From: an uncultured bacterium | GTDB lineage: Bacteria; Chloroflexota; UBA5177; JANWHV01 | Length of the DNA: 64,000 nucleotides | Reading direction: 5' to 3' | Assembly: GCA_963729625.1 (NCBI GenBank) | Contig: CAVSOU010000008.1 | Coordinates: forward strand, 640,001 to 704,000 | In this document: positions 29,695 to 37,465 of the stretch, piece by piece | Layout of the letters: the number at the start of each line of letters is the position of its first letter | Numbering within the stretch: position 1 is the first letter of the stretch | Program-made: the position numbers and the translations under genes | Notes under the pieces: generated by a model | Database searches by the model: none | Told to the model about the DNA's origin: nothing | Seen by the model: the letters and a program-made list of their open reading frames with translations, nothing else

Positions 29695-30489
29695 GTGAGC
29701 TTTTCGACGACGGTACTGCTAGGCGCGATCGCGGGATTCACCATTTACCTGGGCTTGCCGTTTGCGCGCCTGAAGAACCCAAGCCGCGCGTTTCAGGGTT
29801 TCTGCAATGCGCTGGCAACCGGTATCCTGGTTTTTCTGCTCTGGGATGTGGTCACGAAGGCAAGCGAACCCATCGACACCGCGCTCACCTCCGCGCAGCG
29901 TGGGGCTGTTGCACCGTTTGCTGGACTGCTCACGCTGTTCGTCGTCGGCTTCGGCATCGGACTCTTGGGATTGATCTACATCGAGAAAGCCCTGATCCGG
30001 CCGGTTGCCCAGGGCGTGCGCTCCGGTGAGATGGCCCCGCGCCAGCTTGCCCTGATGATCGCCGTCGGTATTGGCGCGCATAACTTCTCCGAAGGTCTGG
30101 CGATTGGGCAATCCGCCGTCACAGGTGCAATCGGCCTGGCTACGATTCTGATCGTCGGGTTCGGTCTGCACAATATGACGGAAGGCTTTGGCGTCGCAGC
30201 GCCGCTCGTCGCCGGGGGCGTTCGTCCGAGTTGGCGGTTTCTTGCGGCGGCCGGCCTCATAGGCGGTGGTCCGACCTTTCTCGGCACGGTCGTCGGCTTT
30301 GGCTTCCAATCGACTTATGTCTTTGTCGCGTTCCTCAGTGTAGCGGCAGGCAGCATTTTGTACGTCGTGGGCGAACTGCTCAATGCGGGACGGCGGTTGG
30401 GCTTCCGCGAGCTTGTGGGCTGGGGACTGCTGCTCGGCTTCATGGCGGGATATGCCACTGACCTGGTAGTGACCTGGGGTGGTGCATAG
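29695..30489 (+). CDS. ZIP family divalent metal permease
   Basis: AGGAG then GTG 29695; GIGAHNFSEGLAIG, GFGLHNMTEGF, AAGSILYV. Confidence 0.9.
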   Translation: MSFSTTVLLGAIAGFTIYLGLPFARLKNPSRAFQGFCNALATGILVFLLWDVVTKASEPIDTALTSAQRGAVAPFAGLLTLFVVGFGIGLLGLIYIEKALIRPVAQGVRSGEMAPRQLALMIAVGIGAHNFSEGLAIGQSAVTGAIGLATILIVGFGLHNMTEGFGVAAPLVAGGVRPSWRFLAAAGLIGGGPTFLGTVVGFGFQSTYVFVAFLSVAAGSILYVVGELLNAGRRLGFRELVGWGLLLGFMAGYATDLVVTWGGA

Positions 30490-30762
30490 GCGCCAGGCAG
30501 TCCCACCGGTCATATCCACTCGTCCCCGCGTCGCCGCGCAGGCGGGTGTGTTCCACCCTACGCAGCATGCGCGCGGCGCAGGCCAGCGCTGAGCACGCCG
30601 TAGCCCAGCTCATCTGCGATCGGCAACGGCGCCACCGCCAGCAGTGACCCGGTGGCGATCAGCGCGTACCGGGTGGCGATCCGCCCGATAAAGTGTCCCA
30701 GCGCTTACCGGCTGACCGGCGTGGACGCGGAACCCGATATGGGCTGGGGCGAGTACTCTTCT

Positions 30763-32223
30763 CTAGAACGTGATCCTGAAGCTGATTGCCGCACTCTTGC
30801 GCAACTTCCCGGAAGTGACCACGATCGACGCTTTTGCCGGCCCGGGGTTTACGGTCAGCGACACCGCCCAGCTGTCGGTAAACGTGCCGGTCGTGTCGGC
30901 CTTGCCGGCCTTCGTTCCCGGATTGGTGACCGTGCCATCGGGGTAGGTGACGATGACGGACACCGACGCCCCGGCGAGCGTGTGCACGACGATCTGCTGT
31001 GTGCTCCCGATGCGGACGCTCGGGGCATATTCCACGCTCAGGCTGAGCGCGCTCGGGGTCGACGTTGGCAGCGGGGTTCTCGTGGGACGAATTGGCGTGG
31101 GCGTGCGCGTGGGCTCCGGCGTGCGCGTCGGCGTGGCCGGGCGTGGCGTCGATGTCCTGGTGGGATGGTAGCCCTTCGGCGTCTTCGTTGGGATAGGTGT
31201 CTTGGTTGGAATAGGTGTCTTCGTGCCTGTAGGAACGGGCGTGCTGGTCGGCGAGGCCGTCGGCGCCGCAATCGGTGCCGCCGCGCGCCAGGCATAACCA
31301 AAGGCGCTGGAGAACACCGCGCTGACTTCCGGATCCTTGACCATCAGGCCCAGCTGGCGGTCCTGCTGCAGCGAGTCGTCGGCGAGGGGAGCACTGCCAA
31401 GCAGGAGGCGGGCGTTGTCGACCGATATTGCCGACCCCACGAAGCCTGCGTTGAGCACACGCACACTGGCGCCATCCAGCAGCAGGGCTTGTATGATCGA
31501 GGACCGCACTCCCGGGTCGAGCATGACGCGCACGCTGACACCGCGGTGCGCAGCCTCGAAGAGCGCCTGTGTAATGCTCGGGCTGGTGATCGTCTCGGCC
31601 ATGATGTCGAGGTTCACGACCGAGCGCCTGATCGCGGCGACAGCGTTTTCCGCGTAGTCTTCCGGCCCCACCACGGCATTACTGCTCAGGATTGCAGGGG
31701 TGCGGCGCTCCCAGTCGTCGAAGAACACGGAGCTTGCCTGCTGAACGTCGGCATGGTCAAAGTCCACCAGCACGAAACGGCGCTGCGACTTGCGCGCGAC
31801 GTCGGTGAATGGCGCGTTCGAGACCGCGAGCGTCGTCCCGTCGATCATCATGGCACTCTGCGCGGTTTGCCGGAAGGTAGGGTTGCCGCGCCGAACAAGG
31901 ACGTCGTTCCCGGAGAGCGAGACGAGAACAGGACCGCTAGATGCCGAGTGCGGATCCACCATGACACGCACGTCGACGCCTCGCGACCGAGCGGTCGAAA
32001 GTGCCATGGCCAGCGTTTGGTCGGTAAGGGCAGCGGTCTCTACCAGCACGCTGGACTGGGCTTCGGCAATAAGGGTGACGAGCGGATCTTTACCGGCGCT
32101 CGGCTCCGACAACAATACGTAGGTGGGTGCGTTCAGCGCTCCGGCCCGGTGCGCGCCAGCGGACTGCACGGAAAGGGCAAGCAGGCTGCAGGCGATGAAG
32201 AATCGAACGAGACGCTGTACCAT
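30763..32223 (-). CDS. Secreted tandem PLD-fold protein with degenerate HKD motifs, Pro/Thr linker and C-terminal Ig-like domain
   Basis: Signal peptide; two repeats with ARSRGVDVRVMVD / AAHRGVSVRVMLD. HKD positions read TAQSAMMIDG and FVGSAISVDN. Confidence 0.8.
   Translation of the reverse strand: MVQRLVRFFIACSLLALSVQSAGAHRAGALNAPTYVLLSEPSAGKDPLVTLIAEAQSSVLVETAALTDQTLAMALSTARSRGVDVRVMVDPHSASSGPVLVSLSGNDVLVRRGNPTFRQTAQSAMMIDGTTLAVSNAPFTDVARKSQRRFVLVDFDHADVQQASSVFFDDWERRTPAILSSNAVVGPEDYAENAVAAIRRSVVNLDIMAETITSPSITQALFEAAHRGVSVRVMLDPGVRSSIIQALLLDGASVRVLNAGFVGSAISVDNARLLLGSAPLADDSLQQDRQLGLMVKDPEVSAVFSSAFGYAWRAAAPIAAPTASPTSTPVPTGTKTPIPTKTPIPTKTPKGYHPTRTSTPRPATPTRTPEPTRTPTPIRPTRTPLPTSTPSALSLSVEYAPSVRIGSTQQIVVHTLAGASVSVIVTYPDGTVTNPGTKAGKADTTGTFTDSWAVSLTVNPGPAKASIVVTSGKLRKSAAISFRITF
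31170..31235 (-). repeat. 18-nt coding tandem repeat (TKTPIP) in the Pro/Thr linker
   Basis: Translation GTKTPIPTKTPIPTKTPK. Confidence 0.7.
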
Positions 32224-32396
32224 CACGCGTATGAAGGTAGGGGGCCGAACGCAGCGTGTCAACTCAGCCGCTGGATAGCGAGTCGATCGAGGAGCCTGCT
32301 CGCGCGTTTCCTGAGCCGTCCCTCGGCGGATGGCCGGCAGGTGCGGCGCGTTGCCGCGCCGTCGACTGCGCCCCCGTCTCGTGCAGGATGTGATGC

Positions 32397-32951
32397 ATGC
32401 CACTTGCGACATTCTTCCTGCACGAGGATGATTGGGGCGAGATTGAGCTGCTGCCCGTGGAGAATCGCCTGCATTGCTTGGGCATGATGGACGATCTCCG
32501 GGCGTTCACGCGCAGGCAGGCTATGGGCAACGCCTTCGTACTACCCAATGTCCAGCGGGATTGCCGGCTTTCGGAGCGACAGATCCCGGTTCTCGAGCTG
32601 AGTGAGCGCCTCGGGGACAGCTTTGCTCTGGCGCCAATGGTCCAGAGTGGGTCGAGCACATCACTGCAGACACTGGTCAACGCGTTTGCCTTCGGCCAGG
32701 GATACGGGGAACGAGGTGCGTTCTATGGCATGCAACAGGAGGGCATCGTCTTCACACTCAACCTGTTATTGCCCCAGTCTTCCGACCCCGAGATTCTGGC
32801 GACATACGCTACTGCCCTCGCCTCACTCGCGGTTGCTCACGACCTATTCGTGCTCGATTGGTGGCGCAAACGCGTTGTCTCCGTGCGAGATCCGGCGCCC
32901 GCCCTGGACTACATCTGGCAAAACACGGCTGATTCCGGTCTGCGTCCCTAG
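32397..32951 (+). CDS. Hypothetical protein
   Basis: Protein-like composition (FFLHEDDWGEIELLPVEN...LFVLDWW); fills the gap between two minus-strand genes. Confidence 0.65.
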   Translation: MPLATFFLHEDDWGEIELLPVENRLHCLGMMDDLRAFTRRQAMGNAFVLPNVQRDCRLSERQIPVLELSERLGDSFALAPMVQSGSSTSLQTLVNAFAFGQGYGERGAFYGMQQEGIVFTLNLLLPQSSDPEILATYATALASLAVAHDLFVLDWWRKRVVSVRDPAPALDYIWQNTADSGLRP

Positions 32952-33895
32952 ACGAAGAGGAAGTCGTCGAAGATGTTGTCCTCTTCACTCTCACTCTGCT
33001 CGACATCCGGCAGAGTCGACTCGGCCGTGTCGTCGGCGTCGTCGACACCGCGAACGACGAGCACCGGCGTGCCCGAGTTCTGCAGGACCTGCCCGGCCAC
33101 GCTCGTGGGAGAGAACCGGATTCGACCATGTCGCGTGTGCGTGGCGATGACTATCAAGTCGATTTCGTGGTCGGCCACGGCCGTGAGGATGGCTTCGGCA
33201 GGGCGGCCTACCGGCGCCAGCACGCGGTAGGTCCGACCGTTCAGCACACTTGTCGCCACGCGCTCGAGATAGTTTCGTGCCTCGTCCCGGCGCTGCTCAA
33301 GATCGTGCGTCAGGCGCTGATCTTGCGGGGCGCTCGACGGCGGCTGCACCGAGCGGAGCAGCACGATCTCGGCGCCGGCGTTGATGCGAAGCTTCTTGAA
33401 CGTTGCGAGCGCTGCCTCCGCAAAGCCGGAGCCGTCGAGCGGCACGAGGATCTGTTGATAGCGATCCACCTTGGCGATACTGGGAGAGTCGCCGCTGATC
33501 ACCAAGACGGGCACGTTGCTCTCCTGGACCACCTGCTCCGTCACAGAGCCCAGCACCATGCGGCGCAACCCGGTCCGGCCGTGCGTGCTCATGACGATGG
33601 CCGTGACCGCGTGCGTCCGTGCCACGCGCAGAATACCCGGCACAGGATTGCTGAACAGACTGGCGATCTCGACCGTGAAGCCGTCCGTCCGCAGGCGCTC
33701 ACGAACGGCATGAAGGTACGCTTCGGCGTGCTGCACCGACGAGCGAGAAGCAACGCCCGTGTCAGGGTCAACCACAGGCGCAGCCGCACGCACCAGAAGC
33801 AGGCCCGCGTCGGCCATGAGGGCGAGACGGCACGCATGGGGCAGTGCCTGTTCGGCGAGAGGTGAGCCATCGAGCGGGACCAGGATCGTGCTCAT
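32948..33895 (-). CDS. Universal stress protein with tandem UspA domains
   Basis: ILVPLDGS twice; MSTHGRTG...LGSVTEQV; PVLVV; acidic tail. Confidence 0.92.
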   Translation of the reverse strand: MSTILVPLDGSPLAEQALPHACRLALMADAGLLLVRAAAPVVDPDTGVASRSSVQHAEAYLHAVRERLRTDGFTVEIASLFSNPVPGILRVARTHAVTAIVMSTHGRTGLRRMVLGSVTEQVVQESNVPVLVISGDSPSIAKVDRYQQILVPLDGSGFAEAALATFKKLRINAGAEIVLLRSVQPPSSAPQDQRLTHDLEQRRDEARNYLERVATSVLNGRTYRVLAPVGRPAEAILTAVADHEIDLIVIATHTRHGRIRFSPTSVAGQVLQNSGTPVLVVRGVDDADDTAESTLPDVEQSESEEDNIFDDFLFV

Positions 33896-34028
33896 CGTCC
33901 GTCTCCTTCAATCTGTGGATGGGTGACACGCAACCCGAGGGAAGGAAGACCCCCGTCGTGGAAGACAATCGTTCTCGCGCTCGAGCCGCATCGCGGAGCA
34001 CGAGATTGCTACGCGATGATGCCGCCGA

Positions 34029-34625
34029 TCACAGACGCGCAGGACTATCTGCGCTCAATGGGCCCAGGATTGTCGAGCCGCGAATCTGCTGAACCGCTTG
34101 CCAGGCGGGCCCACCAATCATGACCATGAACTGCTTCGCTCCGACGAATCGCGACCGCTGAGAGCCTGCGACAACGGCGCGATGCTGTGTCGCGTGCGTC
34201 CTGCGCATGATTGCTCGGTTCACGGGAAGTGCAGCGGCGAGGATTGCACTTTCACCAGCGGAGACTGAGAGGGCCAGTGAGCCGACCGAGCGCACGCGAA
34301 GATGCGCCGGCAACTGTTGCAGCATGAGCAGCTGTGCCCAGGGGGGTCCAGCTAACAGTAGGCAGTCGAACGGGCGCTCATCGTGGAGGCCGGTGACAAG
34401 GCGCGCGGTATGCGCGGCGCGCTCGCGAATGCGGGTCGACCCGAGCGGACGGAGCTTGGCCACCTCTGCACTTCCAGCGCTCTTCAACCTGTGTACGTCG
34501 ACCGTGTACTCACGAGCGTCTTCAATGCAGGTGCCACGCAGTGCGAAGACCCTCGTGCGCGCTTCGTCAAACAGTATCAGGCCGATACGCAGTGCCATCC
34601 TTGGGTTCTCCGCCGTGCAGACCAT
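34029..34625 (-). CDS. Stand-alone bacterial archaeo-eukaryotic release-factor-like (baeRF10-type middle domain) protein, copy 1
   Basis: GGAGG then ATG 34625; IGLILFDEARTRVF...IE...HTARLV...FDCLLLAGP...LPAHLR...VGSL...AGESAIL. Confidence 0.6.
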   Translation of the reverse strand: MVCTAENPRMALRIGLILFDEARTRVFALRGTCIEDAREYTVDVHRLKSAGSAEVAKLRPLGSTRIRERAAHTARLVTGLHDERPFDCLLLAGPPWAQLLMLQQLPAHLRVRSVGSLALSVSAGESAILAAALPVNRAIMRRTHATQHRAVVAGSQRSRFVGAKQFMVMIGGPAWQAVQQIRGSTILGPLSADSPARL

Positions 34626-34746
34626 CCGCAACCTCCCTCGTTCCCGAGGCTCGCTGGGGAAGCAGGCTTCGGGGTGACCCGGCACCACCCTCGTTAGGCA
34701 ATACTACGCCCAACTGGGCCACGTCGCAAGGGCCGAAAGGCCGGGA

Positions 34747-35157
34747 TTATTCCCCCGACAGCGCTACATGGCGGCTCTTCCGACGTGGCCAGGCGTTCGC
34801 TACGATGGCTTGTTCGATTTCGCCCAGCAATTGTGTGACGTTGCTTCCCTTGAGCAAGAGCGCGGCAGCGCCCGCACGGCGCAAGCCCTCGGCTTCATCA
34901 CCCACCAGCGATGAGGTGAGCACGATTACGGGACAGCCGTTCTCAGCCAGCCGCGGAATGACTTCCGCGGCGTCCCCATCGACCGTGTGCGGATCATAGA
35001 TGATGGCATCAGGTGGTGTTTCCCGTACGGCAGCCAGCGCGTCGACCAGATGCTTGGCGGCGGCGACAGTGCCGACGCCTCCGCTGTGCCGAAGGCGCGT
35101 CGCCAGCGCCGTTCGTACGCCATCATGGCCATCCAGGAGAAGTATCATTCGTTCCAT
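34747..35157 (-). CDS. Single-domain response regulator (REC)
   Basis: LLLDGH, PPDAIIYD, PVIVLTS, AGAAALLLK; no output domain. Confidence 0.75.
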   Translation of the reverse strand: MERMILLLDGHDGVRTALATRLRHSGGVGTVAAAKHLVDALAAVRETPPDAIIYDPHTVDGDAAEVIPRLAENGCPVIVLTSSLVGDEAEGLRRAGAAALLLKGSNVTQLLGEIEQAIVANAWPRRKSRHVALSGE

Positions 35158-35454
35158 CGTCTCATCTCGACCGGGGATCTTCACCGAATCCCGCTATCTT
35201 GACCGCGTTCCGGGACTTCATGCACAGGTCGAAACCCCTCTGTTGCCCTCGCACATACAGCCCCAGGCTGCGCTTGCCGCCGGTGAGACCCGGCCGGATC
35301 CGCCCCCGCGCCCGCCCGAGGGTCCGGCATACCTAATCAAAATAGTGCGTTCCAGAGCGGTTGCGAACCAGTGCCGTTTGGCCCCCGGCACGCGGGTCAA
35401 GGTGCACCAGACGCGAAGACATACGTGATGGCAGGGAGGCGCCGGGGCAGGCGT

Positions 35455-35937
35455 TCAGGCCCGAGAGGACCGAGACCGCGCTACGACCTGCATGCGCGCA
35501 AGGTCAAATTGATACCATCGTCTTGTGCCGGGGTCGTAGGCATCAACGCCTACGGTGAACGCGGCAGGCCGCGTATACACGTGCGCTACGGTCCAGCCGA
35601 AGCCGACCTTCCCGTCACCAAAACGCCAACGCCATGGTCGCTGCATTGCCGCTGGCACGAGCGACTTCGCGACGTCGGCGCGATTCTCATCGAACACGAT
35701 CCTTGCTCCGACGGCATATGCGCGCTGGAACACAAACGGCGCATACGCTTTCAGTTGCGCAGACGTAACAGGCACGGCAGGATTGAGAATTGGCAGCACG
35801 CCATTCGCAGACAGCGACGGCCAGCTGTCCAGGGCGCACGCTTGTGCGCTGCCCGCCACGAGCCAGGCGGCCAGCACACTCCACGCCAGTGGCCATCGAC
35901 GCATTCGCGGCGCACCATGCACGGACACAGCGCGCAT
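35455..35937 (-). CDS. Secreted PKD-domain protein
   Basis: ATG overlaps the upstream TGA; signal peptide ending AQA|CALD; WRFGDG...AHVY PKD motif. Confidence 0.75.
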   Translation of the reverse strand: MRAVSVHGAPRMRRWPLAWSVLAAWLVAGSAQACALDSWPSLSANGVLPILNPAVPVTSAQLKAYAPFVFQRAYAVGARIVFDENRADVAKSLVPAAMQRPWRWRFGDGKVGFGWTVAHVYTRPAAFTVGVDAYDPGTRRWYQFDLARMQVVARSRSSRA

Positions 35938-37109
35938 CAGAGCAACTCGCGCGCGGCCGCGGCGATGCGCGAGGCCATCACCGGCACGTTGAAGTACGCG
36001 CGCATCGAGCCGCCGGCGTCGATCAGGTAGATGCCTGCCTGATGCACTATCGTCTGTCCTGGCTTGAAGATCGGTGAAGGCGCGGGCACATAGATGCCGT
36101 AGGCCGCCCAAATCGGCGCCAGAACGCTCCGCGGCGCGCTGAGGTAATGCCAGTCAGTTCCCTGCCAGCCGGCGTCGCGCGCGAAGGCGGCGGTGTTTGC
36201 CGCACTGTCTTGCTCGGGGTCAACGCTGATCACGACCACACAGAGGCGCGCGGATGCGGCTCCGAGCTGTCGTCGCACGAGACGCATGGTGACGCCGATC
36301 AGCGGGCACTGCTCTTTGCACACCGAGCTCAAGAAGGTGACTGCGACGGTCTTCCCGCGCAGAGATGCCGGCGTAATCGTCCCGCCGTTCTGATCCGTCA
36401 GTGCGTAATACGGCGCTCGCTTCGGCGGGTTGAAGACAAAGTCCGCAGCAAGAGCGCGAGTGGAAACCCTCTGCGCAAGGTCCCCCAGAGGCTCGACCCG
36501 CGCGCAGGATCCGCAGGTAATCGCTCCGGCCTGCGCCAGGCCGTCGCGGACGATCTGGCGATCGAGGGGTCCGACTTGCTGGCCCTGCAGCCTACCATTC
36601 GCATCGAGAAAGAAGCTCGTGGGCAGCGTCTGCACGTCGTACTGCCATGAGACCGCCTGATCGTCTATGAGCAGCGGAAACGGCAGATGAGCGACTTTGC
36701 CGAATCGAGCCGCCGTGACCAGCGTGTCACCCGAGGTGGCCACGGCGACAACCCGTATCCCCTGCGACCTGAAAGTGTTGGTCGCCCATGTCAGAGTTGG
36801 GAGATCATCCAAACACGGCCCGCACTGCGTGTTGGTGAACGTGAGCAGGACCGAATGCCCGTGAAGCGCCAGCGGCGATAGCGTGCCGGAGCCGCCGGAA
36901 ACGTACGGGAGTCTGAAGTCTGGCGCGAAAGGCGCGGCCGCGGTCGAACCGCCGGTCCTGCTCACCGCGGCGGCCGTGGCGCCAACGGCGAGCGACAACA
37001 GCAGGAAGGCCGCGAGCAGAAACCTCGGAGCTCGCCGGTAACCTGTGCGCAGGCGAACGCTCCTCGAGACGTCGACGGAAATAGGTGATACGGCAATCGA
37101 ATGGCTCAC
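35937..37109 (-). CDS. TlpA/redoxin-SCO fusion protein
   Basis: TM anchor; APDFRL...CGPC...LPTSFFLD; linker CGSC; LTDQNG...CKEQCP...SVDPEQD...IVHQAGIYLID. Confidence 0.85.
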   Translation of the reverse strand: MSHSIAVSPISVDVSRSVRLRTGYRRAPRFLLAAFLLLSLAVGATAAAVSRTGGSTAAAPFAPDFRLPYVSGGSGTLSPLALHGHSVLLTFTNTQCGPCLDDLPTLTWATNTFRSQGIRVVAVATSGDTLVTAARFGKVAHLPFPLLIDDQAVSWQYDVQTLPTSFFLDANGRLQGQQVGPLDRQIVRDGLAQAGAITCGSCARVEPLGDLAQRVSTRALAADFVFNPPKRAPYYALTDQNGGTITPASLRGKTVAVTFLSSVCKEQCPLIGVTMRLVRRQLGAASARLCVVVISVDPEQDSAANTAAFARDAGWQGTDWHYLSAPRSVLAPIWAAYGIYVPAPSPIFKPGQTIVHQAGIYLIDAGGSMRAYFNVPVMASRIAAAARELL

Positions 37110-37198
37110 TCCTCACTGTAGCACAGGCAACAGCCGCGTGCGCCGTGCGAAGTCTGCCACTGTGCTCTGCCGAACAATGAGCACGGGAGGACACTCAA

Positions 37199-37453
37199 AT
37201 GGTCGCGGCGCGACAACCCGTCAGACTGGAGGATTTTCTGGCCCTGCCGGATGATGGCAATCGCCATGAGTTCGTACGAGGAGAGGTGCACGTAATGCCT
37301 CCACCCAAGGGCAAGCATGGGTTCGTCGAGGCGGCAATCATTGAGGCTATTGGCCGCTACCTGTGCGAGCACGCTCTGTCACTGGGCTGGGAACCGCGGC
37401 AGGGACTTTCCGGCTTTTCGCTGCCGCTCACCTGGTCTTCGCCTGGTAGCTAA
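37199..37453 (+). pseudogene. Uma2/DUF820 endonuclease N-terminal fragment
   Basis: GGGAGG RBS; LEDFLALPDDGNRHEFVRGEV..MPPP...HG; no PD-(D/E)xK catalytic half. Confidence 0.7.
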
Positions 37454-37465
37454 AAGGCGGCGGCA

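Noticed and set aside
30652-32487. 611-aa plus-strand ORF
   Set aside because: Antisense shadow of the PLD-fold gene; Arg/Gly-rich with no motifs.
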